Assembly (NCBI RefSeq): GCF_049554935.1
Contig: NZ_CP186926.1
Span: 1,184,001 to 1,248,000 of the forward strand
DNA: 64,000 nt
Source: Methanocaldococcus indicus
GTDB lineage: Archaea > AGJL01 > Methanococci > Methanococcales > Methanocaldococcaceae
Reading direction: 5' to 3'
Shown here: piece by piece, positions 40,905 to 52,769 of the stretch
Position numbering within the stretch: position 1 is the stretch's first letter
How the letters are laid out: the number at the start of each line of letters is the position of its first letter
Notes under the pieces: generated by a model
What the model saw: the letters and a program-made list of their open reading frames with translations, nothing else
Database searches by the model: none
What the model was told of the DNA's origin: nothing
Translations under genes and position numbers: made by a program

Positions 40905-42056
40905 ATGGATGAATATTACTATATCTTTTTTATAGTTTTATCTATCATTTTTATAGTGCCTAATATCCTAAAAAGGTTTAATATTCCTGCTATAACATCT
41001 ATAATGCTTGCTGGGATGATTATAGGGCCTTATGGTTTTAAAATTCTTCAAATAGATACAACTTTAAAAGTTTTAGCAGATTTTGGAGCAATAATGTTAA
41101 TGTTCTTAGCAGGTTTAGAAGTGGATAATGAAACATTAAAAAAAGAGTTTAAAAACTCAATATTATTATCAATATTTTCTCTTGTTATTCCTGGAATAGT
41201 AGGTTTCTATATTGGAACTCTTTTAAAATTAAATTTAATAGGAAATTTATTAATGTCTGTTATATTTGCTTCTCACTCTGTGGCTATTGTTTATAGTATA
41301 TTAGAAGAACTAAAATTAGTTAAAAGTAGATTAGGAACTATTTTGTTAAGTTCCACTATAACAATTGATTTATTAACTCTACTTTTACTTTCCGTTGTGA
41401 TAAAATTAAGCACAAATTCATCAGATATATGGTTATTTATAACTGAGAGTTTAATATATATTGCCATTTTAGTTCTCTTTTTACCAATTATCTCAAAATA
41501 TGCCTTTAAACTTTTAGAGAAGTTACATATTCAAAGGATTCATTATGTTCTATTTATTATTTTTATAGCAATAATTTTAGGGGAAGTTATAGGAATTCAT
41601 CCAATAGTTGCTGCTTTTATTTGTGGAGTAGCTATAAGTGAAGCTTTAACAAAAGAAGAGCATGATGAACTTTTAAATAAAAATTTAAATGCTATTGGAT
41701 ATGGATTTTTTATACCTATATTCTTTTTAGTATTGGGAATGGAAACTAATTTCTGGGTTTTATTTGATATAAATAATTTAAAGCTAATATTTATAATTAT
41801 TATAACAGCAATTCTTTCTAAATATTTATCAGGATATATTGCCCTTAGATTTCTAAAATTTGATAACATTAAGGCTAAATTAGGAGCTATATTGACAGTC
41901 CCAAAAATTTCTGCCTCATTAGTAGCTGCTAATATTGGAGTGGAATTAGGAATTATAGATAATAATTTATTTTTTGCTATTGTTGCTTTATCTGTTGTTA
42001 GTTCAACATTAGTACCAATAGTTTTTAAAAATATATATTTGAATGTTAAGAAATAG
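40905..42056 (+). CDS. cation:proton antiporter (CPA2 family)
   Basis: GMIIGP, LMFLAGLE, FFIPIFF; many transmembrane segments. Confidence 0.88.
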   Translation: MDEYYYIFFIVLSIIFIVPNILKRFNIPAITSIMLAGMIIGPYGFKILQIDTTLKVLADFGAIMLMFLAGLEVDNETLKKEFKNSILLSIFSLVIPGIVGFYIGTLLKLNLIGNLLMSVIFASHSVAIVYSILEELKLVKSRLGTILLSSTITIDLLTLLLLSVVIKLSTNSSDIWLFITESLIYIAILVLFLPIISKYAFKLLEKLHIQRIHYVLFIIFIAIILGEVIGIHPIVAAFICGVAISEALTKEEHDELLNKNLNAIGYGFFIPIFFLVLGMETNFWVLFDINNLKLIFIIIITAILSKYLSGYIALRFLKFDNIKAKLGAILTVPKISASLVAANIGVELGIIDNNLFFAIVALSVVSSTLVPIVFKNIYLNVKK

Positions 42057-42194
42057 TGTTTAAAACAATATTAATATAAATTTTTACATATATATAAATA
42101 TATTAAAATCTTTTAGTATAATTTAAACAAACATAACATTTATATAATCCAAATATTAATTTGTCATTATTAATAATGATAGATTGTGAAGGTT

Positions 42195-42548
42195 ATGGAC
42201 TTTCAAACAGTTTCATTTATAACCTCAGGAATATTAATAGTTATAGGATTGTATGGTGTTTTTTTTGTTGATAATATTTTAAAGAAAGTTATTGCATTAG
42301 AAATTTTAGGTAATGGAGTAAATTTAGTTTTAATTACTATGGGATATAGGAATACTATCCCCATAAAACTTCCAGGTGTTTCTGAAGAATTTTTTATTAA
42401 AAATGCTTCTTATCCTTTAACTCAGGCATTAGTTTTAACAAACATAGTAATTGAAGCTTCAATGTTGGCTATAATATTAGGTGTTTCAATAATTCTCTAT
42501 AAAAAATATAAGACATTAAAAGCATCAGTTATCTTAAAAGAGGATTGA
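42195..42548 (+). CDS. ehbE: energy-converting hydrogenase Ehb, MrpC-like subunit
   Basis: GLYG, KKVIALE, QALVLTNIVI. Confidence 0.75.
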   Translation: MDFQTVSFITSGILIVIGLYGVFFVDNILKKVIALEILGNGVNLVLITMGYRNTIPIKLPGVSEEFFIKNASYPLTQALVLTNIVIEASMLAIILGVSIILYKKYKTLKASVILKED

Positions 42549-42552
42549 TAAA

Positions 42553-43953
42553 ATGAATCTTCTACCAATAATAGTTCTTTTTCCAATAACTATGGCATTG
42601 ATTTTAAATCTTCTACATGGAAAGGAGAGAGTTGTTAAGTATTTAACATACTTTTTAGCAATATCTTTAATTATTCTACCATTTATTGGAAACTATGGAT
42701 ATTACTATTTTGGTGGGCATGGAGTAGTTGATGGATATACAACAGGAATAGCCTATCTATACAACTCAGGAAAACAAGCTTTATTGATAATTCTGTCATT
42801 GATTGTTTCTCTCTCTTTAATAACTGGGATGTCTGAAAGATTAAAAAATAATATGTTTGTTGTCTTAACTTTAATGGGATTTGCAGGAGTTGCAGCAATA
42901 ATATTAAGTGATGATTTATTTAACTTATATGTATTTTTTGAAATTGTTTCTATGGTTCAAGCAGGATTAGTATTTTTATCTGGGACAGAGGAGAGTTATA
43001 AAGCTGGTTTAAGATACACAATAATTGGAGTAGTTGCTGGAAGCTTTATGTTGTTAGGAATAGCTTTCTTATTAGCTGTAACTGGCTCTTTAAACATATC
43101 TGATATTAAGAACTATATTGTAGATAATCCTGTTGTTTATGCAGGATTAATGTTGTTAATTGTTGGTTTAGCATACAGCTCAGGATTGCCTCCATTTCAT
43201 ATAATAAAAGCTGATTTATATAGTAGAGCAAAAGGATTTATATCATCTATTTTACAAATGTATTCAAAATTTGTTTTAGTAGGAGTATTTTTAGTTATTA
43301 TTAAAATATTTAGTGGATTAGCTGTTTATTCAATAACACAAGGAATTTTAATATTCCTATCTGTTTTAGCTATTGTTTTTGGAACTGTTTTGGCATTAGT
43401 ATCAAAAGATTTAAAAAGACTTTTAGCATATTCCTCTATAAGTCATGTTGGATTTGCATCTATTGGATTAGCATTAGGAACACCATTAGCTATTGTAGCA
43501 GGAATATTTCATATTATAAATAGTGTCATCTTCAAAGCAGGACTGTTTATTATGGCTTATGTTATTAGTTCAATAAGATGTCCTAATTTAGAAAAATTGG
43601 GAGGATTAATAGACAAAACACCATTATTAGCATTATTGACACTAATTCTAATGTTATCAGCTGCTGGAATTCCATTTTTAGGAGGATTTCAAAGTAAGCT
43701 CTTAATAATTAAAGAAGTAATTATATACTATCCTGAAATAGCAATAATAATGATTTTAGCAAGTATTGGTAGTTTTATTTATATGACAAAAGCATTCTAC
43801 TTAATATTTTTAAGACCTACAAATTATGAATATGATAAAATTAAAGTTCCAAAAAGTGCCATATTTTCAATGATAGTTTTAGTTATTTTAACTATACTAT
43901 TTGGAGTATATCCTGATATAATTTTAAAATATCTCATAAATTTGGTGGATTAA
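42553..43953 (+). CDS. ehbF: energy-converting hydrogenase Ehb, MrpD-like ion-translocating subunit
   Basis: DLFNLYVFFE, LPPFH, KRLLAYSSISH, GFQSK. Confidence 0.8.
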   Translation: MNLLPIIVLFPITMALILNLLHGKERVVKYLTYFLAISLIILPFIGNYGYYYFGGHGVVDGYTTGIAYLYNSGKQALLIILSLIVSLSLITGMSERLKNNMFVVLTLMGFAGVAAIILSDDLFNLYVFFEIVSMVQAGLVFLSGTEESYKAGLRYTIIGVVAGSFMLLGIAFLLAVTGSLNISDIKNYIVDNPVVYAGLMLLIVGLAYSSGLPPFHIIKADLYSRAKGFISSILQMYSKFVLVGVFLVIIKIFSGLAVYSITQGILIFLSVLAIVFGTVLALVSKDLKRLLAYSSISHVGFASIGLALGTPLAIVAGIFHIINSVIFKAGLFIMAYVISSIRCPNLEKLGGLIDKTPLLALLTLILMLSAAGIPFLGGFQSKLLIIKEVIIYYPEIAIIMILASIGSFIYMTKAFYLIFLRPTNYEYDKIKVPKSAIFSMIVLVILTILFGVYPDIILKYLINLVD

Positions 43954-44214
43954 ATGAACAATGAGGAAGAAACTGGAAACTATCTTCTATATATCTTGTT
44001 TATATTTGGGGCATTATCTATTGGAAAAATCTATGGAATTAGCTTAGCTATATTTATTGGTTTAATTGTTGTTGGAATCTCACTATCATATAAACCAATA
44101 GTAAAAATATTTAAGAAAGAGAATAACAACTCTCTAAATAATCAATTATTTTGGATATCAATATTTTTAGGAGTAATTGCATTTATCTTATTTATAATTA
44201 AAGGGATAAGATGA
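43954..44214 (+). CDS. small membrane subunit of the Ehb cluster (EhbG-like)
   Basis: Hydrophobic 86-aa ORF abutting ehbF and overlapping the next gene. Confidence 0.55.
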   Translation: MNNEEETGNYLLYILFIFGALSIGKIYGISLAIFIGLIVVGISLSYKPIVKIFKKENNNSLNNQLFWISIFLGVIAFILFIIKGIR

Positions 44215-44990
44215 CAGCAAAAAGAGATTTAATGGTAGGAATATCATTTTTAGTTTTTGGAGCTTCAATAATCAATACATTAGCCAATATAAAAGTAAAT
44301 CCAGGAGTTAATATAATATATTTAAAGGACTACATTGTCCCAAATTATGTAACAGCTATACTATTTGATTGGAGGGGATATGATACATTAGGAGAATGTT
44401 TAGTTTTAATAGTTGCAGTTATGGTATCTTGGACAATTTTTGGAAAATCTTTGTATGATTATAGATATTTAAAAGAGTTATTTAAAGCTCCAACATCAGA
44501 TGATTATATAACTCTCCAAAGATGGGGAGAATTCACTCTAATGATTAAATATTTAGCTTATCCGCTATCAATATTTTTAGTTGCCTTGGGAATATTGACT
44601 ATATTAGGTGGGCATATAACACCAGGAGGAGGTTTCCAGGGAGGTGCTTTAATAGCATCAGCTTTTATTGTATCAATAGTTGCCTTTGGTTCCAACTCTC
44701 CTCTCTGGTTTGACCATCATTTTTTAGAGAAGTTAGAAACATTTGGAGCATTAGCATATATTTTTATTGGATTTATAGGAATGTTTTTATTTGGAATATA
44801 TTTAATAAACTTTAAAACATTATTTGGAGTTGATATATTCCCAGGACCTATTGCAGCTGGAATTATTCCATATTTAAATATTGCAGTTGGATTAAAGGTT
44901 TTAGCAAGCTTATCAACAGCAATATTCCTATTATCTTGCGAGAAGGTAATTATAGAGAAAATAGAAGAACCAGAAGAACATCTAAAATAA
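44211..44990 (+). CDS. Ehb MrpB-like subunit (EhbH/EhbI-type fusion)
   Basis: PNYVTAILFDWRGYDTLGE and GHITPGGGFQGG. Confidence 0.8.
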   Translation: MTAKRDLMVGISFLVFGASIINTLANIKVNPGVNIIYLKDYIVPNYVTAILFDWRGYDTLGECLVLIVAVMVSWTIFGKSLYDYRYLKELFKAPTSDDYITLQRWGEFTLMIKYLAYPLSIFLVALGILTILGGHITPGGGFQGGALIASAFIVSIVAFGSNSPLWFDHHFLEKLETFGALAYIFIGFIGMFLFGIYLINFKTLFGVDIFPGPIAAGIIPYLNIAVGLKVLASLSTAIFLLSCEKVIIEKIEEPEEHLK

Positions 44991-45004
44991 TATAAGGGAT
45001 TTAA

Positions 45005-45880
45005 TTGAAAAAATTCAAAGAGTATATTTTAATTTATTTTAAAGGATTTTTAATGGGCACTGCAGATATTATTCCAGGAATTTCAGGAGGGACAATTGCT
45101 TTAATAGTTGGAATTTATAAAAGATTGATTAAGGGGATATATAAGTTGAGTAAGAATATAAAGAGTGCAATATATTGGACTATTAAAGGAGATACAAAAA
45201 AAGTGTTTAATTGTATTAAAGATAATGACTATTCTTTGTTTATTCCCCTATTTTTAGGAATTTTATCAGCAATTTTTTTAATGTCAAACATCATCCATTA
45301 TCTATTAGCTAATTATCCTGCTTATTTATATTCTTTCTTTGTAGGTTTAATTTTAAGCTCTTCTTTAATAATTGTTAAAGAGATAGAGGATATATGTTTA
45401 GAGAATATTTTTTCATTCATTTTTGGGTTTGTATTAGCTATTTTTATATCAAGTTATAGCTTATTAAGCTTAGATAACTCTCTATTATCAATTTTTATCT
45501 CAGGAGCTTTGGCTGTGTGTGCTATGATTCTTCCAGGAATATCTGGCTCATATATTTTAGTATTTTTAAATAAGTATGATTATCTAATATCAGCCGTTAA
45601 AAACCTTGATTTTGTAGTTTTATTTGTATTTTCCTTAGGTGGTTTTGTTGGATTAATGAGCTTTTCGAGGATTATATATTATTTACTAAAAAACTTCAAA
45701 TCTTTGACAGTATCTTTTTTATTAGGACTGATGCTTGGAGCTTTAAAAGTGCCAATTGATAAAATATTATCAGAGAATGGAGATATTTTTTTATGCATAA
45801 TTCTTCTAATTTTTGGAATTATTACTGTTAGTGTTTTAAATTATCTATCTAAATACAAACTCCCAAAATCCTATAACTAA
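45005..45880 (+). CDS. DUF368 family polyprenyl-phosphate transporter-like membrane protein
   Basis: MGTADIIPGISGGTIA and AMILPGISGS repeats. Confidence 0.85.
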   Translation: MKKFKEYILIYFKGFLMGTADIIPGISGGTIALIVGIYKRLIKGIYKLSKNIKSAIYWTIKGDTKKVFNCIKDNDYSLFIPLFLGILSAIFLMSNIIHYLLANYPAYLYSFFVGLILSSSLIIVKEIEDICLENIFSFIFGFVLAIFISSYSLLSLDNSLLSIFISGALAVCAMILPGISGSYILVFLNKYDYLISAVKNLDFVVLFVFSLGGFVGLMSFSRIIYYLLKNFKSLTVSFLLGLMLGALKVPIDKILSENGDIFLCIILLIFGIITVSVLNYLSKYKLPKSYN

Positions 45881-46756
45881 GAAAGATGTTAAAGTTGTTA
45901 TAAAAATAGCAGAAGATATTAATTTAATATTAAGGTTGTAAATACTTCCTAAAACAAAAGACATCATAGCTGAGGGCATTGAACTCTCAACCAATAAAAC
46001 TTTTTTCTCTAATCCAGTAATATTAAATATACTTGATAATATATAGGCTGATGTAGGAGATAATATAAACCTAAATATACAAACTATAAAACTCAAAACT
46101 ATTGAATATTTTATAGCCCTTGGAGATAAAGATAAACCAAGAGAGAGCATAATTAAAGGAACTGTTGCAGAAGAAAGATACTCTAAACTCTTTAAAAAGA
46201 ACTTAGGCAAATAGTTTAAATCAAAATTAAATAAAACTAAGATAATACTTAAAATACCTACGACTAATGGAGGAAACTTTATCATCTCAACAATTATGTT
46301 TTTTCCTTCTCCACAACCAAACTTTATTCCCACATAACTACCTAACAACATAGTAACAAAAACACTACCTAAATCACAAAATATAGCTCTTACCAATCCC
46401 TCAGTATTAAATAATCCTAAGATAACAGGATATCCCAAAAATCCAGTGTTAGCTAACATACAAACTAAAATAAATCCTCCCAAACTTTCTCTATCTAATT
46501 TTAAAAGATAATTTCCAACTATATAAGCAAGTAATCCACAGAAAGAGAATGTAATTATTATAACAATTGGCAATTTTAAGAAAGTGAATATTTCAGAACT
46601 ATTTAAATTTTTAAGAATAGTTAAAAAAATAGTTGCTGGCATTGTTAGATGAACTACTATCCTACTAAGTATTTTTGAATGTTCTTCCTCTACAATATTA
46701 AAAAATTTTAGTAAATACCCAAATAAAACCAAAGTAATTATTGTTAATATTATCAT
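45845..46756 (-). CDS. AEC (auxin efflux carrier) family transporter
   Basis: NTGFLGYP, PLIMLSLG, MPSA motifs. Confidence 0.85.
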   Translation of the reverse strand: MIILTIITLVLFGYLLKFFNIVEEEHSKILSRIVVHLTMPATIFLTILKNLNSSEIFTFLKLPIVIIITFSFCGLLAYIVGNYLLKLDRESLGGFILVCMLANTGFLGYPVILGLFNTEGLVRAIFCDLGSVFVTMLLGSYVGIKFGCGEGKNIIVEMIKFPPLVVGILSIILVLFNFDLNYLPKFFLKSLEYLSSATVPLIMLSLGLSLSPRAIKYSIVLSFIVCIFRFILSPTSAYILSSIFNITGLEKKVLLVESSMPSAMMSFVLGSIYNLNIKLISSAIFITTLTSFLVIGFWEFVFR

Positions 46757-48031
46757 TTATACATCTCTTGGGTCTGTTAGTTCTCCTTTAACTGCACATG
46801 CTGCTGCTGTTATTGGAGATGCTAAATAAATCTCTGCTTTTAAGGAACCTTGTCTTCCTTTAAAGTTTCTATTAGATGTTGAAACACAAACTTCTCCATC
46901 TCCTAAAACTCCATACAATGAACCCATACAAGCAGAACATGAAGGATTTGTAACAACACATCCATATTTTATAAATTTCTCAATAATTCCAGCTTTTAAT
47001 GCTTTTAAATATTCTTCTCTTGAAGCAGGAGTTACAATAACTCTAACATCATCAGCAATTCCACCAGCTTTTTCTATAATTTTTATTGCCATTTGTAAAT
47101 CTTCAAATCTACCATTTGTGCAACTTCCAATAAATACTTGGTCTATTGGCTTTCCAGCCACTTCTCTACATTGTTTTACATTATCTACATTGTGAGGACA
47201 TGAAAATACAGGTTCTATTTTATCTGCCTCTATTTCATAAACTTCTTCAAATTCTGCATCTTCATCTCCTTTTATAGGTTTAAATTCTCTCTCAGTATTG
47301 TGTTTTTTCATAGCTTCCTTTACATATTGAATAGTTTTTTCATCTGGCTCAATAATTCCTGTTTTTCCTCCCATTTCAATAGCCATATTAGTCATAGTCA
47401 TTCTTGAAGCTATGGAGAGGTTTTTTACTGTTTCTCCACCAAATTGACAAGCTTTGTAAGTAGCTCCATCAACTCCAACCTCTCCAATTATTGAAAGGAT
47501 TATATCTTTTGAAGTAACATAATCCTTTAACTCACCATTTATATTGAAATAGAGTGTTTCAGGAACTTTAAACCAAAGTTCTCCTGTTGTAAATACATAA
47601 GCCATATCTGTTGAACCAATTCCAGTAGAGAATGCTCCCAAAGCCCCATGTGTGCAAGTGTGAGAATCAGCTCCAACTAAAACCTCTCCAGGAGCTACAT
47701 GCCCCTTCTCTGGTAGAACTTGATGACAAACACCCTCTCTTATATCATAGAAATACTTTATATTATGTTTTTTTACAAATTTTCTCATTAAAATATGGTT
47801 ATTTGCTGAGATTATAGAATCTGCTGGAACTTGATGGTCAAATAAAATAACTATCTTCTCATTATCCCAAACTTTATCTATTCCATACTTTTCTAAAACT
47901 TTAACAGTTAATGGACCTGTTATATCATGCACCATAGCTCTATCTATTTTAGCCATTACTATATCTCCAGGAGAAACTTCTTTTTTTCCTGATGCTCTTG
48001 CTAATATCTTCTCAACAATAGTCATTCCCAT
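46757..48031 (-). CDS. leuC: isopropylmalate/citramalate isomerase large subunit
   Basis: [35 protein letters not shown]. Confidence 0.9.
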   Translation of the reverse strand: MGMTIVEKILARASGKKEVSPGDIVMAKIDRAMVHDITGPLTVKVLEKYGIDKVWDNEKIVILFDHQVPADSIISANNHILMRKFVKKHNIKYFYDIREGVCHQVLPEKGHVAPGEVLVGADSHTCTHGALGAFSTGIGSTDMAYVFTTGELWFKVPETLYFNINGELKDYVTSKDIILSIIGEVGVDGATYKACQFGGETVKNLSIASRMTMTNMAIEMGGKTGIIEPDEKTIQYVKEAMKKHNTEREFKPIKGDEDAEFEEVYEIEADKIEPVFSCPHNVDNVKQCREVAGKPIDQVFIGSCTNGRFEDLQMAIKIIEKAGGIADDVRVIVTPASREEYLKALKAGIIEKFIKYGCVVTNPSCSACMGSLYGVLGDGEVCVSTSNRNFKGRQGSLKAEIYLASPITAAACAVKGELTDPRDV

Positions 48032-48138
48032 ATCATCACCAAGTTATAAAATTTAATAACCCAAATTTATATCTAATTATAAAAAATTTTCTTACAAGAT
48101 ATAAGATGTAAAATAAATTTAGAAAATATTAAAAAATT

Positions 48139-49716
48139 TTAAAGTTTAATAACAGATATATCTTTGATATATGGTAGTTCTTTTATCTTCTTTAAAGCTT
48201 CTTCTGGAATTGGATTGTCTAATGAGAGAATCATTACTGCCTCTCCTCCTGGTTCTTTTCTACCCACTTGCATTCCAGCAATATTTACTCCATACTCTCC
48301 TAATATTATTCCTACTTTACCTACAACTCCTGGTCTATCTATATGATTAGTTATTGCTAAAACACCTTCAGGAATAAAATTGACTGGATAATTGTTTATT
48401 TCCAAAATTACTGGTTTGTTGTTAATTATTGTCCCTGAAATTGAAAAACTTTTCTTATCTCCTTCAGCTTCAATTTTAATATAATTTTTATCCTCTGATG
48501 TCTTTAATTCTATAACCTCAATTCCTCTATTTTTAGCTAAAATTTCAGCATTTACTAAATTGACTCCTGCCAATAGTATTGGAGACAATAATCCTTTTAA
48601 AAAACTTCTTTTTAAAAGATTTGTATTTTCTTTTGCTAAATCTCCTGAATATATTATTTTTATTTTTTTTACTGTTCCATCTAAAACCTGCATAACTATA
48701 TTCCCTAATATCTCTGAAAGAACTAAATAAGGTTTTAACTTACCTAATTTTTCTTTTGGTAGATTTGGTAAATTTACAATATTTTCTGCTAACTCACCAT
48801 TAACTATCTTTTTTATTTGTTCAGCAACAATTGTCCCAGCTGATTTTTGTGCCTCTTCTGTTGATGCTCCTAAATGAGGAGTACATATTAAATTATCTAA
48901 CTCTAACAATGGGTTGTTTTTAGGTGGTTCTTCTTCAAATACATCCAAAGCAGCTGCTCTAATTCTTTTTTCTTTTAAAGCTTTGTATAGAGCTTTTTCA
49001 TCAATTATTCCTCCTCTTGCACAATTAACCACAATAGCATTTTTTTTCATTAGATTAAATTCTTCTTCTCCAATCAATCCTTTTGTTTTTGGAGTTAGTG
49101 GAACATGAACAGTTATAATATCAGCTTCTCTACATACATCTTGCACACTATCTAACAATCTAACTCCTAACTCATTAGCTACTTCTTTTGAAATATATGG
49201 GTCATATCCAACAATATCCATTCCAAATGCCTTAGCTCTCTTTACTACTTGCTGTCCTATTCTTCCCAATCCAATAACTCCTAAGGTTTTTCCATACAAC
49301 TCAATACCTTTAAATCTCTTCCTGTCCCATTCTCCTCTTTTAACTGATTCATTTGCTTGAGGTATATTTCTTGCAGCTGAAAGAATTAAACCTAATGTTA
49401 GTTCTGCAACAGAAATAGAAGAGGCGTCAGGAGCATTTACAACAATAATTCCCTTCTCTGTTGCTTTCTCAACATCTATATTATCCACTCCAACTCCTGC
49501 TCTACCAATAATTTTTAGCTTCTTAGCTCTATCTATAACCTCACTATCAACTTTTGTTCCACTTCTCACAACTAAAATATCTGCATCTTCAATTTTTTTT
49601 AAAAGTTCCTCTTTTGTTAAGTTTGTAGCAACTTCTACCTCTCCAATCTCTCTCAAAATCTTTATAGCATCTTCATGTATTGGGTCAGTAACTAATATCT
49701 TCACAATTTCCACCAT
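48139..49716 (-). CDS. serA: D-3-phosphoglycerate dehydrogenase
   Basis: [23 protein letters not shown]-terminal ACT domain; start may be GTG at 49704. Confidence 0.95.
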   Translation of the reverse strand: MVEIVKILVTDPIHEDAIKILREIGEVEVATNLTKEELLKKIEDADILVVRSGTKVDSEVIDRAKKLKIIGRAGVGVDNIDVEKATEKGIIVVNAPDASSISVAELTLGLILSAARNIPQANESVKRGEWDRKRFKGIELYGKTLGVIGLGRIGQQVVKRAKAFGMDIVGYDPYISKEVANELGVRLLDSVQDVCREADIITVHVPLTPKTKGLIGEEEFNLMKKNAIVVNCARGGIIDEKALYKALKEKRIRAAALDVFEEEPPKNNPLLELDNLICTPHLGASTEEAQKSAGTIVAEQIKKIVNGELAENIVNLPNLPKEKLGKLKPYLVLSEILGNIVMQVLDGTVKKIKIIYSGDLAKENTNLLKRSFLKGLLSPILLAGVNLVNAEILAKNRGIEVIELKTSEDKNYIKIEAEGDKKSFSISGTIINNKPVILEINNYPVNFIPEGVLAITNHIDRPGVVGKVGIILGEYGVNIAGMQVGRKEPGGEAVMILSLDNPIPEEALKKIKELPYIKDISVIKL

Positions 49717-49719
49717 TTT

Positions 49720-50949
49720 TTATATTTTGCATCCATAAGCTTCAAACAACTCTCCATTAACAACAGTATATACTGGGAATCCTTTCACTTCCAAACCTTC
49801 AAATGGGGAAAATTTTGCTCTACTCTCAAATAATTCAGGATTTATTTTTCCTTCTTTTTTTATATCTATAACTGTTAGATTTGCAACATTTCCCTCTTTT
49901 ATCTCATTATCTATATTAAAAATTTTAGCTGGGTTTAAGGATATTAAAGAGATAGCTTTTTCTAAGCTAATTAAATTTTTGTTTGCTAAATTTATAGTTA
50001 GTGGAACTAATGTTTCCAATCCAGGAATTCCAGAAGGACATTCATTTACATCTTTTAATTTTTCCTCTATTAAATGAGGAGCATGGTCAGAGGCAATAAT
50101 ATCCACTACTCCATTATTAATTCCATTAATCAATGAAATTATATCTTCTTTATCTCTTAAAGGAGGATTAACTTTCCCAAAACCTTTTAACATCTCTGCT
50201 TTATCCTTTGTTAAATATAGATGATGAGGAGTAACTTCAACAGTTATCTTAAAATTTTTCTTAGCATCTTTCAAAATATTTATTGATTCTTTTGTAGAAA
50301 TATGGCAAAAATGGACTTTTGCATTTGTTAAATTTTTAATGATTTCTTTTACTGCTTCATATTCAGCTCTATTATCTCTAATCAAACAGTGAGATAACCA
50401 GCTATTATAAGAGTATTTTTTTAAGTTCTCATTTATTATATCTTTATGTTCTGCATGTACACAGTAAAATTTATTTAAAGATAAAATATCTTTTAGGAGA
50501 GTATAGTCATTAATATAGAGTTCTCCAACAGATTTTACCATAAAAATTTTATATGCCTTGGCATCTTCAACATTCTCTTTATAGTTTTTTTCAGTAACTC
50601 CATAATTTAAATATATATTTAATTTCTCTTTTTTAGCATCATCCAATTTTTTATAAAAAAGATTTTTGTTTGTTATTGGAGGAGAGTCATTAGGCATATC
50701 TATAACAAAACATACTCCCCCATTAATGCCTGCTAAACTACCACTTTTAAAACCTTCTTTTTTACTTCTCCATCTTAAATGCACATGAGCATCAATAACT
50801 CCTGGAACAACTAAATTATTCTTTAAATCTACCTTTTTGTCATCTTCATTAATAATTTTAGCAATTCTTTTTATTTTTCCATCTTCAATTTTTATCTCTC
50901 CACTAACAAAATTATTATTTAAATAAATCCTACAGTTTTTTAATATCAT
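49720..50949 (-). CDS. pyrC: dihydroorotase
   Basis: DAHVHLR, DMPN, EVTPHHL, KVNPPLR, SDHAPH. Confidence 0.93.
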   Translation of the reverse strand: MILKNCRIYLNNNFVSGEIKIEDGKIKRIAKIINEDDKKVDLKNNLVVPGVIDAHVHLRWRSKKEGFKSGSLAGINGGVCFVIDMPNDSPPITNKNLFYKKLDDAKKEKLNIYLNYGVTEKNYKENVEDAKAYKIFMVKSVGELYINDYTLLKDILSLNKFYCVHAEHKDIINENLKKYSYNSWLSHCLIRDNRAEYEAVKEIIKNLTNAKVHFCHISTKESINILKDAKKNFKITVEVTPHHLYLTKDKAEMLKGFGKVNPPLRDKEDIISLINGINNGVVDIIASDHAPHLIEEKLKDVNECPSGIPGLETLVPLTINLANKNLISLEKAISLISLNPAKIFNIDNEIKEGNVANLTVIDIKKEGKINPELFESRAKFSPFEGLEVKGFPVYTVVNGELFEAYGCKI

Positions 50950-50955
50950 GCCTAT

Positions 50956-51729
50956 CTAACCAATATATCTTAAATCATCATCATGAGCAGGTTTCTTTTG
51001 CTGTTGTAAGTTTTTAATCATCTCTTCCTCAAACTTTCTAATCTTGTCAAAGAACTCCTCCATACCTTTTGCTCTCTTCTCTAACTCCTCTAAGTTAATC
51101 TCAATATTTTCTATTTTACCAAATTTCTCTAAAACTGCCTTAGCTGCATTAGGGTCTATAAAGTATCCAGGAGTTTCTCCCATTAAACAAATTCCAGGAA
51201 TATTATTCAAATCAGCAAACAACAACATTAATCCAGCAGCTCCAACTATTCCTCCTCCATCAGTTCTAAATACGATACCATACTCTTTTATTTTCTCTGC
51301 AAGTTCTTTTTTAGTTGTAGCTCCATAAACTTTAATTTCCTCAGATATTTTTCCAGTTCCAAAACCTCCAAATGTATATACAAAGTTGGCTCCATACTCT
51401 ATTCCAATCTTGACAATTTCCTCTGAAAGATGATACTGTCCTATTGGAGACAGTGCTTGTGTATTACCTACAACAATTATCATAGGTTTTGGCTCTTCTA
51501 TTCTATAAAAACTTGCACACATATACTCAATAGTTCCATCATCTTTAACCAATACTTGTGGTGGAAAATCATAACAAAACAGTTCTAAAAACTTCTCTCC
51601 ATTAAATTCATGAACTAAATGCTCAGCAGCTAATCTACCAACATGCCCAATTCCAGGAAGCTCTTCTATTAAAAGAGCATTTTCTAATTTTTCAACATCC
51701 TTTATTTTTCTTGTTATTATTTTAACCAT
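50956..51729 (-). CDS. proteasome assembly chaperone (PAC2) family protein
   Basis: LPGIGHVG, FPPQV, CLMGETPGY, C-terminal YIG. Confidence 0.85.
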   Translation of the reverse strand: MVKIITRKIKDVEKLENALLIEELPGIGHVGRLAAEHLVHEFNGEKFLELFCYDFPPQVLVKDDGTIEYMCASFYRIEEPKPMIIVVGNTQALSPIGQYHLSEEIVKIGIEYGANFVYTFGGFGTGKISEEIKVYGATTKKELAEKIKEYGIVFRTDGGGIVGAAGLMLLFADLNNIPGICLMGETPGYFIDPNAAKAVLEKFGKIENIEINLEELEKRAKGMEEFFDKIRKFEEEMIKNLQQQKKPAHDDDLRYIG

Positions 51730-52065
51730 ATTTGCTCACCTAAATAATTTATTGTCATTAATAGCTTTTTATATGTTTTTACAAACTTCCTTATAAATTT
51801 TATTTTATCAATTCTAATAGTTAATTTTTTTCTTAAATTTTTTATTAATTTATTTTTCTTAATTTATATTGTTACTTTCTTTCTAATTTTCTTTTAATTG
51901 CTATAAATAAACTACCAAAATCTTTAATTATAACATTTCTCTCAAAACATACAATATCTCTAACTAACTTAAAATATAATCTCTTCCTTAAACTTACAAA
52001 CTCTGTAAAGTCCTTATTTGCTATAAATCCTAACATTCTCAACTCTCACGACTAAGTTTTATTAT

Positions 52066-52368
52066 TTAATACAATATCTTTCCCTCTTTTAAAACATTCC
52101 TATGGAATGACCAATTTATTTTTTTGTTAAACTGCTCTTCACTCTCAATAATTGCATTTATAACTACTCCATATTTTAACAACAATTTAGTGCATAAATC
52201 AATAACATAATCAAAATCCACATCTCCAACTATCAAAATATCAATATCGCTCTCTTCAGTGTAATCTCCCCTTGCATAACTACCAAATAATATAATTTTT
52301 TTAATTCTACCTTTATATTTTGATTTTAATGCATTCACAAACTCTTTTATTGCTTTTTCTTCATTCAT
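52066..52368 (-). CDS. minimal nucleotidyltransferase (MNT) antitoxin
   Basis: LFGSYARGD..ESDIDILIV; ATGA overlap with the upstream HEPN gene. Confidence 0.9.
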   Translation of the reverse strand: MNEEKAIKEFVNALKSKYKGRIKKIILFGSYARGDYTEESDIDILIVGDVDFDYVIDLCTKLLLKYGVVINAIIESEEQFNKKINWSFHRNVLKEGKILY

Positions 52369-52769
52369 AATATCTCCTCTAATGCTTTTTTTATTCTTTC
52401 AACAAACATCTCTGCTTCATATACCATTGACTCTGTTTCTTCTTCAGTTGGATTATAAATAGTATAATCTGCTTTCCATCTTAAACTATAACCTTTTGTT
52501 ATTATTCTCCCATAAATTTCTTCAATATATCCTTCATTAACAAATTACAGTCCAAACATTTTTATGACTCCAGCATGCTTTTTTGGATTAATGTTTTTAG
52601 TCAGTAACAATGCTTTTGCAGAATGGAATATTGCATAATAAGCCCTTGCTATTGCATCCCTATATAATTTATTTTCAAATAAAATTTTTGAAGCAGATAA
52701 ATTTTCCTCTGCAATTTCCATAAGTGCTTGAATCTCTTCCTTTGTATCTTTATTAAGCAAAATTTTCAC
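52365..52769 (-). pseudogene. HEPN-domain protein with internal in-frame TAA
   Basis: AYYAIFHSAKALL..KKHAGV; TAA at 52547-52545; the same frame continues FVNEGYIEE..LRWKADY..EAEMFVERIKKALEEIL to TGA at 52365. Confidence 0.87.

Noticed and set aside
51660-51668. PAC2 protein reads EELPG where EGLPG is usual
   Set aside because: Single substitution whose effect cannot be judged without an alignment
52545-52547. Recoding of the HEPN internal stop as Sec or Pyl
   Set aside because: The codon is TAA, and no SECIS-like hairpin is nearby
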